DNA of 64,000 nt from positions 930,001 through 994,000 of the forward strand of contig NZ_CP134949.1 of assembly GCF_032116555.1 (NCBI RefSeq), read 5' to 3'. Numbering within the stretch: the first letter of the stretch is position 1; each line of letters starts with the position of its first letter. Positions 49,135-59,929 of the stretch are shown piece after piece. Position numbers and translations under genes: made by a program. The notes below the pieces were generated by a model, which saw only the letters and a program-made list of their open reading frames with translations, did not search any database and was not told the origin of the DNA. This stretch comes from Halorarum halobium. Lineage in GTDB: Archaea > Halobacteriota > Halobacteria > Halobacteriales > Haloferacaceae.

Positions 49135-49548
49135 TCACTCCAGTTCCTCGCGGAGGATCGTCCGGTGACAGCGCTTCTTCGCCGTGTTCTCGTAGCAGAC
49201 GAGCGCGACGTCATCGCCGCCATTCAGTGCCGTGCGGATGGCCGCGAGCGCCTCGGCCGCATCGTCGGACGCCGAGAGGTACTCGCGGTACCGCTCGGCG
49301 AAGTCGACCTCGTCCCAGGCGGCGTTGTGCGCCTCCTCGTCGCAGAGGCCGGCCATCTTCAGATCGTCCTCGGCCCGCTTCACGTCGTCCAGGAGCGGCT
49401 CGGGCGGCCCGAGCGCGGGCCGGTTCTCGTCGATCGCGCCGGCGAACCACCGCGTCGGCCGGCGGACGACGCCGACCAGCCGCGTCCCCGCCGGGAGCTC
49501 CGCGAGGTCGTGCTGGAGCGCGGCGACGTACGTGTCGTGGAGCGCCAC
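49135..49548 (-). CDS. DUF488 family protein
   Basis: LGPPEPLL, FAERYREYL, ALVCYE...CHRTIL; start uncertain (49548 GTG or 49575). Confidence 0.8.
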   Translation of the reverse strand: MALHDTYVAALQHDLAELPAGTRLVGVVRRPTRWFAGAIDENRPALGPPEPLLDDVKRAEDDLKMAGLCDEEAHNAAWDEVDFAERYREYLSASDDAAEALAAIRTALNGGDDVALVCYENTAKKRCHRTILREELE

Positions 49549-49665
49549 GGGGACTGCTGGGGCGCTCTCGGGCAAAAGAGTTCGTGACGATTCGGTTCAA
49601 AGCGACGGGAACCAAACCAGTTCGGTCGTGTCGGTGGCGGTCGATCGCTCGCTGCGGTCCGGCGA

Positions 49666-49821
49666 CTACACGCGCTTCGAGCGCGCCTCGCGCACGCCCG
49701 CGCCGTCCCGGACCATGTCCTCACACGAGGGACAGACGCGGACGGTCGACATCCCCTCCGGGGCGAACACGCGGACGTATCGTTCGGTCACGAACGAGCT
49801 ACAGTTCCCACACTCCGGCAT
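49666..49821 (-). CDS. Small CPxCG-related zinc-finger protein (51 aa)
   Basis: MPECGNCSSFVTERYVRVFAP..RVCPSC. Confidence 0.85.
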   Translation of the reverse strand: MPECGNCSSFVTERYVRVFAPEGMSTVRVCPSCEDMVRDGAGVREARSKRV

Positions 49822-49941
49822 GTTCGGCCACTTCTCGTGAGCCACCGTAGTCCTGTCGGATTTCGTGTGAGACAGTCCCAGCCGATCGGGTGGCCGACGC
49901 AGATGGAGGGGTTTTTGGTCCGCCACGGGCAACCCGGAGAC

Positions 49942-50808
49942 ATGGCTACGGAAACGGAAGACGCCCACGACGACGGGCACCACCTGCCGGCGGTCCAGGA
50001 CTGGCCGCGCGGGTTCGGCGAAGCCTCGTGGTGGCCGTTCGTCACCGCCGTCGGCGGTGGCGGCATCTACGTCGGTGCCGCGCTGTTCCTGATGGGCACC
50101 GCGGGAATCGTCCCGACGCTGGCCGGGCCGGTCACGCTCGTCGGCAGCGTCGGCCTGTTCCTCGTCGGGGTGTACGGCTGGCTGTATCACGCCTTCGTCG
50201 CCGAGTTCTGGGAGCGCGGCGCGAACGAACACGGCGCGTCGAAGCTCCGCTGGGGCATGCTCGCGTTCCTCGGCTCGGAACTGGGCACGTTCAGCGCCGG
50301 CTTCGTCTACTTCTTCTTCATCCGCGCGAACACGTGGCCGCCCGAGGGCGCGGAGTTCCCGACGCTGCTCGGCTCGCTCGTCATCGTCAACACGGCGATC
50401 CTGCTGCTCTCGTCGGTGACGCTCCACTTCGCCCACGAGGCCATCCGTGAGAACAACCGCGGCCGGTTCCTCGGCCTCCTCGGCACGACGCTGTTGCTCG
50501 GGGTCGTCTTCATCGGTGGGCAGGTGTACGAGTACTACGAGTTCATCCTGCACGAGGAGTTCACGCTCACCAGCGGCGTGTTCGGCTCGGCGTTCTACGG
50601 GCTGACGGGGCTCCACGGCCTCCACGTCACGCTTGGCGCGGTGCTGCTGGGGATCGTGTTCGTCCGGGCCCTCAGGGGGCAGTACTCGGCCGAACGGCAC
50701 GTCTCGGTGACGACTGCCTCGATGTACTGGCACTTCGTCGACGCCATCTGGGTGCTGCTCGTCGTCGTGCTGTACGTCGGCGCCGAACTCACGGGCACGC
50801 TGGGATAG
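49942..50808 (+). CDS. coxC: Heme-copper (cytochrome c) oxidase subunit III
   Basis: SWWPF, FLGSE, NTAILLLSS, FYGLTGLHGLHV, YWHFVDAIW. Confidence 0.93.
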   Translation: MATETEDAHDDGHHLPAVQDWPRGFGEASWWPFVTAVGGGGIYVGAALFLMGTAGIVPTLAGPVTLVGSVGLFLVGVYGWLYHAFVAEFWERGANEHGASKLRWGMLAFLGSELGTFSAGFVYFFFIRANTWPPEGAEFPTLLGSLVIVNTAILLLSSVTLHFAHEAIRENNRGRFLGLLGTTLLLGVVFIGGQVYEYYEFILHEEFTLTSGVFGSAFYGLTGLHGLHVTLGAVLLGIVFVRALRGQYSAERHVSVTTASMYWHFVDAIWVLLVVVLYVGAELTGTLG

Positions 50809-51053
50809 GTCCGAACTCGTCGGTCCCCGAGTTCCTCCTCCTCCGACCGTTCTGGTAGTCCGTTCGAACAGGGTGAGGTGCCCACTCGCGGCGGCCGTCA
50901 CGACACCGAACGCGACACGTCCGGAAACGTTCGAGACGGTCCCCACCGGATCGGGGACGCCCCGCGACACGAACGCCGGACCACGTTCACGTCCGTCGAT
51001 CGTCACGAACGCTCAGCGGACCTTTATTGCCATACGGAGCCACACACGGCACG

Positions 51054-52031
51054 ATGGAACTGCGCCGACTCGTCCGGGGGAGCGTGGAGTGGTCGCGGCT
51101 CGAGTCGATCGCTCACGAACTCGCCGAGCGCTACGGCGGCGAGACGGCCCACGTCACGTTTCTCGACGCGGACAACTGGCTCTCGACCCCCTTCGTGCTC
51201 GACGTCGGCGACGCGACCTACTTCGTGAAGGTCATCACGAGACAGAACTCGCTGGTCCACGCGCTGTTCACCACCGGGCGGAACCTCGGCGCGTTCACCT
51301 CCGGCACCGAGGGGTTCTTCGAGCACTTCGGCACGCCCTACCAGATGGCCGAACACGAACTCGACGCCACGCGCCGGATGCGCGACATCGGCCTCAACGC
51401 CCCCGAGCCGGTCGAGGCGCTGGAGATGGACGGCCTCGGCGTGCTCGTGCTGGAGTACCTCCCCGCGTTCCGCCCGCTGGACGAACTCGACGTCGAGCGC
51501 GAGCGCGAACTCGCCCCGGAGCTGTTCCGGGCGCTCCACACGATGCACGAGCACGGGCTGGCCCACGGCGACCTCCGGGCCGAGAACGTGCTCATCCTCG
51601 ACGGCGACCTCTACTTCATCGACGCGACGAACGTCCGCGGCGCGGTCGGCGACGAGGGCGAAACGGGCGACGGAGGCGGAGAATCCGACGACGGCGGGAC
51701 CGGTGGCACCGGCGGAGGCGGAACTGCCGAGCGCGCCGGGAGCGCCGACCCGGCCGACGCGGTACCGGCGGAGCCGACCGGCGCGGGCGAGGCCGGCGAG
51801 GACGCTCGCCGGTACGATCTGGCCTGCGGGCTGGCCGCGCTTGAGCCGCTCATCGGGGCCGCCGACGCCGTCGAGGCGGCGCTGTCGGCGTACCCGTTCG
51901 CGGACCTGCTCGGCGCCCGCGAGTACCTCGATTTCGTCCGCGTGCGTCCGGACCACGACTTCGACGGGCCGGCGCTGAAAGGGGAGATCGAGAAGCGTGC
52001 GGACGCAGACGAGGCCGGCGAGGCGACGTAG
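51054..52031 (+). CDS. RIO1/Kdo-like atypical kinase
   Basis: YFVK, LVLEY, HGDLRAENVL, YFID; Gly-rich insertion. Confidence 0.8.
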   Translation: MELRRLVRGSVEWSRLESIAHELAERYGGETAHVTFLDADNWLSTPFVLDVGDATYFVKVITRQNSLVHALFTTGRNLGAFTSGTEGFFEHFGTPYQMAEHELDATRRMRDIGLNAPEPVEALEMDGLGVLVLEYLPAFRPLDELDVERERELAPELFRALHTMHEHGLAHGDLRAENVLILDGDLYFIDATNVRGAVGDEGETGDGGGESDDGGTGGTGGGGTAERAGSADPADAVPAEPTGAGEAGEDARRYDLACGLAALEPLIGAADAVEAALSAYPFADLLGAREYLDFVRVRPDHDFDGPALKGEIEKRADADEAGEAT

Positions 52032-52105
52032 GACCTCGCCCCGCCGGCCGTCGGAGCCGCCCGTCCGCCTCGGCCACCGCGCCGTCGGTCGGCGGAGGGG
52101 GCGGC

Positions 52106-52531
52106 TCAGTCCTCGGTCACGTCGATGGTGATCGGTCCCTCCTCGTCCATCGCGTCCTCGCGCCCCTCGACGCCGAGATACCGCTCCAGGGACGCGACGT
52201 TCCACGCGTTCGCCTTCCAGAACGCGTCGAACACGACGCCCAGCACGGGGATCGACCCGCCGACGACGTCGACGCTGACCGTGCCGAGCATCTTCACGAG
52301 CGTCGTGAGCGGCACGCCCAGGTACGCCGCCTCGGCGACGATGTACAGCGAGATGCCGGCGGCGACGACGTCGCCCCCGCCGGGCACGACGCCGAGGATC
52401 GGGTCGAGTCCGATCTCGAAGTCGGTTCCCGGGACCCGTACCGCCTCGTCCATGAGGCCCGCGACCGTCCGGACGCGTTCGAGCGCCGCTTCGTCGGCCC
52501 GGTCCAGCGCTTCCCGCGTTGCCTGGTCCAT
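52106..52531 (-). CDS. DUF4112 domain protein
   Basis: LMDEAVRVPGT..IGLDPILGVVP..GD; FDAFWKAN. Confidence 0.88.
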   Translation of the reverse strand: MDQATREALDRADEAALERVRTVAGLMDEAVRVPGTDFEIGLDPILGVVPGGGDVVAAGISLYIVAEAAYLGVPLTTLVKMLGTVSVDVVGGSIPVLGVVFDAFWKANAWNVASLERYLGVEGREDAMDEEGPITIDVTED

Positions 52532-52670
52532 GGCCGATAGCGACGCTCCGCGGGAAAAGGGTTGTCGGCAGGCTGGCCGCCGATTTGTGACCACGACCGG
52601 GTGGGCGGTTCGAACCGGGGCGCCGTCCGTTTCCCGCACCTATATGAGCACCCTCGCGCAAGATTTGCAC

Positions 52671-54203
<1,533 letters not shown>

Positions 54204-54270
54204 TCGCCGAGCGCGGACGGTCGAACGTTTCCCGATCGCCGGTTTTCTCCCCGTCCGTTCGGTCCCGACG

Positions 54271-54948
54271 TCACGATCGGGTGAACTCCTCCCGAACCGA
54301 CTCCAGTTGCCTGCGCGTGTTGACGTTGCTGGTGGACCGGTCCAGCGGGACGTCGTCCGGGACCGACGCCGGGGAGACGGTGTGGACGCTCTCGAGCCCC
54401 GCCAGCAGCGCCCGCGGGCCCGCCGTCCGCGGGAGCAGACGGTGCAGCGAGGCGACGGGCTCCCGCCGATAGACGGCGTGGAGCGGGTTGAGGGTTCCAT
54501 CCGGGTGCTCGATCGCGACCGCGTCGACCCGGCCCCCGTCGATCGCCGGACGGTCGCGGTCGAGCCGCGCCAGCAGCCACGACACCGCGCGCTCGTCGAG
54601 CAACGGCATGTCGCAGCCGCAACAGAACAGCCAGGGGTCCCCGACGGCGGCCGCGGCGCCGACGATTCCCGCCAGGGGTCCCTCGTACTCCGGGTCGTCG
54701 CGGACGAACGCAACCTCGCCGTCCCGCAGGGCGTCGGCGTACCGCGCGCGCTGCTCGGGAGTCCGGACGGCGACGACCGGACGCCGGTCCGTGACCCGAG
54801 CCAGGACGGCGACGATCCGGCCCAGCACGGGTTCGGAGCCGACCCCCGCGAGCGCCTTGTCGTCCCCTTCGGCCCCGAAGCGGCTGCTCTCGCCGCCAGC
54901 GAGGACGACTCCCCGGACCGATTCTGACTCGCCGTGCGTCACTGGCAT
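54271..54948 (-). CDS. mobA: Molybdenum cofactor guanylyltransferase
   Basis: VLAGGESSRFG..DKAL, GPLAG, CDMP, PLHAVY, NVNT. Confidence 0.92.
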   Translation of the reverse strand: MPVTHGESESVRGVVLAGGESSRFGAEGDDKALAGVGSEPVLGRIVAVLARVTDRRPVVAVRTPEQRARYADALRDGEVAFVRDDPEYEGPLAGIVGAAAAVGDPWLFCCGCDMPLLDERAVSWLLARLDRDRPAIDGGRVDAVAIEHPDGTLNPLHAVYRREPVASLHRLLPRTAGPRALLAGLESVHTVSPASVPDDVPLDRSTSNVNTRRQLESVREEFTRS

Positions 54949-54992
54949 CGACGCCTCCGTTCTCGACCGGAAAGACCCGTTCGGCACATCGC

Positions 54993-57026
54993 TCAGTTGG
55001 GCTCCCCCCTCGGGTCCGACGTCGGCTCGACGGCGACGGTCGACGTTCCGCCCCGGAGAAGCGGGTCTGCGGCGGCCGCGGGGAGGTGAACCGTCCCCCG
55101 GCGGCCGCGCTCGTCGAGGGCCACGACGGTTTCGACGGCGACCGCGCCGGCGGAGACGACGACCGGCTCGCCCGCGTCGACCCCCCGGTCGGCGGCGTCG
55201 GCGGGGTGCATCCGCAGCGGTCGGTTTCCTCCGGCGTCCTCGTCCGGGAACTCGCTCGCCCGCCCGCCGGCGATCAGGTGGAGTCCGTCGGCCGGCCCGA
55301 CCTCGGGGACCGGTCCCGCCGTCCCGAAGGCGGCGCGCCCGTCGGGCGTCTCGAACGACTCGCGGTAGAGCACGCCGTCGTCGTCCTCGAACGGCCACCG
55401 CCGTCCCTCGGCGTCGATGTCGGCGTACGAGAGGCCTTGGTGGGTCGGCGCGACACGCGAAAGCTCGTCGAACACGGCCGACACGTCGGCGTACTCGAAG
55501 TACCCGTCCGTCGGGAACAGTCGCCGCCCGAGGTCCCGGAGGACGGTGAAGTCGGTCCGGGCGTCCCCCGGCGGCCCGCTCGTCCGCCGGAGCCGCTGGA
55601 CGCGACGTTCGAGGTTCGTGACGGTCCCCGTCTTCTCGACGCCCGCCGCCGCCGGCAGGAGCACGTCGGCGTGGCGGGTGGTCGCGCTCGGCGCGACCTC
55701 GAGGACGACGAGCGCGTCGAGGGCGTCGAGCCGCCGCCCGATCCAGTCGGGGTCGCGCTTCGAGACGGCCGGGTTCTCCCCGACGACGAGCGCGCCGTGG
55801 ACTCCGTCGCCGAACGCCGAGAGCAGTTCAGTCGCCGTCTTCCCCGGCGTGGCAGGCGGCGCGACGCCCCACGCCGCTTCGATCCTGTCGCGCGCGTCGG
55901 GGTCGGTGACCGGCCGGTGGCCCGGGAGCCGGTCCGGAACGCAGCCGGCGTCCGTCGCGCCCTGCTCGTTGACGAGCCCGCGGAGGACGAACAGCCCCGT
56001 CCCGCGGCGACCGACGTTCCCGGTCACCAGCAGCAGATCGAGAAGCGATCCGGCCGCCGTCGCTCCGTTCCTGGCGTCCACCTCGTCCGCGCCGTCCACG
56101 GGGTCCGCGCCATCCACGTGGTCCGTACCGTCCACCTCCTCCGTGCCGCCCTCGATGCCCGTGCCGGAGAGCGCGGCGACGCGGTCGGCGTCCGCGACGA
56201 GTTCCGCGACGCGGGCGATGGTCGACTCGTCGACCCCCGTCGCCGACACGGCGGCCTCGCGGTCCAGGTCGGCGACCGACGCCGCGAACCGGTCGTACCC
56301 CCGCGTCCGTTCGGCGACGAACGCCTCGTCGACGGCGTCCCCGCCGTCGAGCAGGTGCGCGTTCAGGAGGTCGAACGCCGTCGCGTCCGTCCCGGGACGT
56401 GGAGCGAGGTGGACGTCGGCCAGCCGGGTCGTCCGGTTCCCGACCGGGTCGACGTGGACGAGCGTCGTCCCGTCCGCGACCGCCGGCCGGACGAAACCGT
56501 CGAAGGCGACGGGCTGTCGCTCCGCCGGGTTCGCGCCGGCGACGATGAGGAGGTCGGCCTCCCCCAGGTCAGCCAGCCCGTTCGTCGTCGCCGGCCAGCC
56601 GACCCGCTCGCGGAGCGCCCGCGCGGTCGAGACGTGACACAGCCTGGCCCGGTTGTCCACGTTGTTCGTCCCGAGCGTCCGCGCGAGCTTCCCTAGCAGG
56701 TAGTTCTCCTCGTTGGTGCTGTGTGGCGCGCCGAGGAACGCCAGCCCGTCGGGCCCGTGGGCGGCGAGCACCGCCTCCAGCCCCGCGATGGCGCGGTCGT
56801 AGGCGGTCTCCCACGACACGGCCCGGAGGTCGCCGTCGTGGCGGACCCGCGGCCGCACGAGACGCTCGTCGCCGACGTCGAAGGCGTCGATGCCCGTCCG
56901 GCAGAGCCGCCCGTTCGGGTTGGCGGCGCCGACGACGCCCCGGGCGCGCGAGTCCTCGCCCGGTTCGAGTCGGCAGCCGACCGCACAGCCCGGACAGACC
57001 GTCGGCGGTGACGGCCGGTCGCTCAT
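54993..57026 (-). CDS. Molybdopterin oxidoreductase, divergent formate dehydrogenase alpha-like paralog
   Basis: CPGCAVGC..LC, TNEENY, DNRARLCH, EKTGTVTNLERRVQ. Confidence 0.88.
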   Translation of the reverse strand: MSDRPSPPTVCPGCAVGCRLEPGEDSRARGVVGAANPNGRLCRTGIDAFDVGDERLVRPRVRHDGDLRAVSWETAYDRAIAGLEAVLAAHGPDGLAFLGAPHSTNEENYLLGKLARTLGTNNVDNRARLCHVSTARALRERVGWPATTNGLADLGEADLLIVAGANPAERQPVAFDGFVRPAVADGTTLVHVDPVGNRTTRLADVHLAPRPGTDATAFDLLNAHLLDGGDAVDEAFVAERTRGYDRFAASVADLDREAAVSATGVDESTIARVAELVADADRVAALSGTGIEGGTEEVDGTDHVDGADPVDGADEVDARNGATAAGSLLDLLLVTGNVGRRGTGLFVLRGLVNEQGATDAGCVPDRLPGHRPVTDPDARDRIEAAWGVAPPATPGKTATELLSAFGDGVHGALVVGENPAVSKRDPDWIGRRLDALDALVVLEVAPSATTRHADVLLPAAAGVEKTGTVTNLERRVQRLRRTSGPPGDARTDFTVLRDLGRRLFPTDGYFEYADVSAVFDELSRVAPTHQGLSYADIDAEGRRWPFEDDDGVLYRESFETPDGRAAFGTAGPVPEVGPADGLHLIAGGRASEFPDEDAGGNRPLRMHPADAADRGVDAGEPVVVSAGAVAVETVVALDERGRRGTVHLPAAAADPLLRGGTSTVAVEPTSDPRGEPN

Positions 57027-57038
57027 CGGCCCACCACC

Positions 57039-57653
57039 CTATCGGCTCCCCAGCCGGTGGCCCAGAGCCCGCAGGAGTGCGAGGAGGTAGCCGAGGCCGG
57101 CGCGGGCGTCCCGGTCCCTGAGTCCGGCGAGCGCGCCGAGCGGGCCGACGGGCTCGGCCGCCTCGCCCGCCTCCCCGACGGCACCGAGCAGGTCGTTCAG
57201 TCCCTCCACCGCCTCCGCGTCGAGGTCCAGCGCCGAGAGCGTCCCCGCGAGGGCGACGAGTTCCTCCAGGCTGCCGTCACGCTGGAGCGTCAGAACCACG
57301 TCGAGCGCCTCGACCAGTTCCGCCCCGTTCGCGCCGACCTCCTCGGCGAGCGCGGCCGCCTCCTCGGTCGAGAGCCCGTCGGCGGCCGCGACGAGGTTCG
57401 CGGTCGAGTCGGTGAGCCGGTCGAGTTCGTCCTCGTCGGCGCTGGCGACCACCAGAATCGCCGTGGCGAGCAGGTCCGACAGTTCGTCGCTGGCGTCGAT
57501 CGCCGCCGCGAGCCGGTCGCCGTGTTCCGCGATCGCCTCCCGGACCGCCGCCTCGCCGTCGCCGGCCTCGCTGCCGTCGCCGGCCCCGTCCACGCTCCCG
57601 GTCTCTCCCCGGTTCGTTGCCGACTCCGGGTACGTATCGCGCGGCTCCGCCAT
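57039..57653 (-). CDS. DUF1641-like helical protein (FDH-associated)
   Basis: C-terminal PVGPLGALAGLRDRDARAGLGYLLALLRALG. Confidence 0.8.
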   Translation of the reverse strand: MAEPRDTYPESATNRGETGSVDGAGDGSEAGDGEAAVREAIAEHGDRLAAAIDASDELSDLLATAILVVASADEDELDRLTDSTANLVAAADGLSTEEAAALAEEVGANGAELVEALDVVLTLQRDGSLEELVALAGTLSALDLDAEAVEGLNDLLGAVGEAGEAAEPVGPLGALAGLRDRDARAGLGYLLALLRALGHRLGSR

Positions 57654-57655
57654 CG

Positions 57656-59929
57656 TCAGTCGTCCCCCGTCCCGGTCCCGACGTCGCCGGCCCCGATCGG
57701 CTCCGAGTCGCCCTCGTACGGGCCGATCCTGACGGCAGACACCTTGTACTCCGGCGTGGCCGCGTCCGGATCGAGGTGTTCCTCGTCGGTCAGCCGGTTG
57801 ACGGCGCTCTCGGCGAAGTGGATCGGCACGAACACGGTGTCGGTGCCGACCCGATCGGTCACCTGGGCCGGGACGACGATCTCGCCGCGGCGCGAGGCGA
57901 CCGTGACCATGTCGCCGGGGTCGATGCCGTGGTTCGCGGCCGTCTCCGGGTGGACCTCGACGAAGTCGCTCGGCGCGTACTCCATCAGCCCCTCCTCCCG
58001 GTGGGTCATCGTCCCCGTGTGGTACTGGTAGAGGACGCGCCCGGTCGTGAGCGTGAACGGGTACTCCTCGTCGGGCGTCTCGGCCGGTTCGCTGTAGCCG
58101 ACGCCGTGGAGGGTCGCCCTGCCGTCCTCGGTGTCGAACGAGTCCTCGTAGAGCCGCTCGGTTCCCGGGTGGTCCTCGTCCGGGCAGGGCCACTGGAGGC
58201 CGCCCTCCTCCCTGACGCGCTCGTGTGTCACGCCGCCGTAGATGGGCGTCAGCGAGTTCACCTCGTCCATGACTTCCGCGGTCGACTCGTAGTCCCAGTC
58301 CCGTCCCATCCGGTTCGCCAGGTCCTGCAGGATCTCCCAGTCGGGTCGGGAGTCGCCCTTCGGCTCCATCACCGCGTTGACCATCTGGACGGTCCGGTCG
58401 GTGTTGGTGAACGTGCCCGTCTTCTCGACGAACGAGCACGCGGGCAGGACGACGTCGGCGTACTCGGCGGTCTCGGTGACGAACAGGTCCTGGACGACGA
58501 GGAACTCGAGGTCCCGCAGGACCCGTTCGGCGTGGTTGACGCCGGGTTCCGAGAGCGCCGCGTTCTCGCCGATGACGTACATCCCGCGGAGGTCGCCCCG
58601 GTCGGCCGCCAGGAACATCTGGGTGGTGTAGTAGCCGTACTCCGGCGAGATGTCGCAGTCCCAGGCGTCCTCGAACCGCGCGCGGACATCGTCGTCCGCG
58701 AGGTCCTGATAGCCGGGGAAGTTGTCCGGGAGCGGCCCCATGTCCCCGCCGCCGCCCTGGACGTTGTTCTGGCCCCGGAACGGCGAGACGCCCGCGCCCG
58801 GCTTGCCGAGGTTGCCGGTGATCGCCGCGAGGTTCGCCATCGCCAGCACGTTCTCGGTCCCGTGGGAGTGCTCCGTGAGCCCCAGCGTCCAGCCGAACAC
58901 GCAGGCGTCCGCGTCGGCGATGGTTTCGGCCGCCGCCTCGATCTCCTCGGGCGGGACGCCCGTCACCGCCTCGACGCGTTCGGGCGTGAACTCCCGGACG
59001 GCCGCCGCGACGTCCGCGAACCCGGTCGTCCGCTCGGCAACGAACGACTCGTCGTACAGGCCGTTCTCGACGACGTGCCGGATGATGCCGTTGATCCAGA
59101 CCGCGTCGTAGCCGGGTCGCACCCTGCTGTACTGGGTGGCGTACTCGGCGATCTGGACCTCGCGCGGGTCGAACACCAGCAGGTCCGCGCCGTCCCGGAC
59201 GTTCTGCTTGATCCGCGTGGCGAGCACCGGGTGGGCCTCGGTCGTGTTCGACCCCGTCAGCAGGATGCAGTCGGCGAGTTCGAGGTCCTCGGTGCTGATC
59301 GAGGCCGCGCCGTAGCCGAACGTCCGGGCGAGGCCGGCGACCGTCGAGGAGTGACAGAGCCGGTTGCAGTTGTCGACGCTGTTGGTGCCGAGCACCTGCC
59401 GGGCGAACTTCCCCATCAGGTAGTTCTCCTCGTTGGTCGCCTTCGAGGAGGCGATCACGGAGAGGGCGTCCCCGCCGTGCGCCTCGCGGATCGACCCGAA
59501 CCCCTCGGCGACGCGCGCGAGCGCCTCGTCCCACGTCGCCTCGCGGAACTCGTCGTCCCCGTCGCGCACCAGCGGCGACGTCAGCCGGTCGTCCGAGTTC
59601 ACGAAGTCGTAGCCGAACTTCCCCTTCACGCACGTCGAGATGCCGTTGACCGGGGCGTCCTCCTCGGCGGTGGGTCGCGCCGCAAGCACCTCCTCGCCGT
59701 CGGAGTAGAGGTCGAACCGACAGCCGACGGCACAGTAGCCGCAGGTGGTGTCCTCGACGGTGAGTTCCTCCAGCCGACGGTCGCCGATCGACCGCGCGAT
59801 CTCGAACAGTTTCCCCTCCGGGAGCGTCTCGGCGGCGACGCCCTCGGCGACCTGCTCGACGTTCTTCAGCGCCTTCGCCCTCGCCCGCCGCATGTAGCCC
59901 GCGACCCCGTCGAGGTCGCCGTCGCTCAC
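57656..59929 (-). CDS. fdhA: Formate dehydrogenase catalytic (alpha) subunit, Cys type
   Basis: CGYCAVGC..CVKG, DNCNRLCH, RGQNNVQG, LTTGR..YHTGTMT, TPEYK. Confidence 0.92.
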   Translation of the reverse strand: MSDGDLDGVAGYMRRARAKALKNVEQVAEGVAAETLPEGKLFEIARSIGDRRLEELTVEDTTCGYCAVGCRFDLYSDGEEVLAARPTAEEDAPVNGISTCVKGKFGYDFVNSDDRLTSPLVRDGDDEFREATWDEALARVAEGFGSIREAHGGDALSVIASSKATNEENYLMGKFARQVLGTNSVDNCNRLCHSSTVAGLARTFGYGAASISTEDLELADCILLTGSNTTEAHPVLATRIKQNVRDGADLLVFDPREVQIAEYATQYSRVRPGYDAVWINGIIRHVVENGLYDESFVAERTTGFADVAAAVREFTPERVEAVTGVPPEEIEAAAETIADADACVFGWTLGLTEHSHGTENVLAMANLAAITGNLGKPGAGVSPFRGQNNVQGGGGDMGPLPDNFPGYQDLADDDVRARFEDAWDCDISPEYGYYTTQMFLAADRGDLRGMYVIGENAALSEPGVNHAERVLRDLEFLVVQDLFVTETAEYADVVLPACSFVEKTGTFTNTDRTVQMVNAVMEPKGDSRPDWEILQDLANRMGRDWDYESTAEVMDEVNSLTPIYGGVTHERVREEGGLQWPCPDEDHPGTERLYEDSFDTEDGRATLHGVGYSEPAETPDEEYPFTLTTGRVLYQYHTGTMTHREEGLMEYAPSDFVEVHPETAANHGIDPGDMVTVASRRGEIVVPAQVTDRVGTDTVFVPIHFAESAVNRLTDEEHLDPDAATPEYKVSAVRIGPYEGDSEPIGAGDVGTGTGDD

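Noticed and set aside
59340..59380. Selenocysteine in formate dehydrogenase
   Set aside because: The active-site codon is Cys (RLCH) in both paralogs; no in-frame TGA
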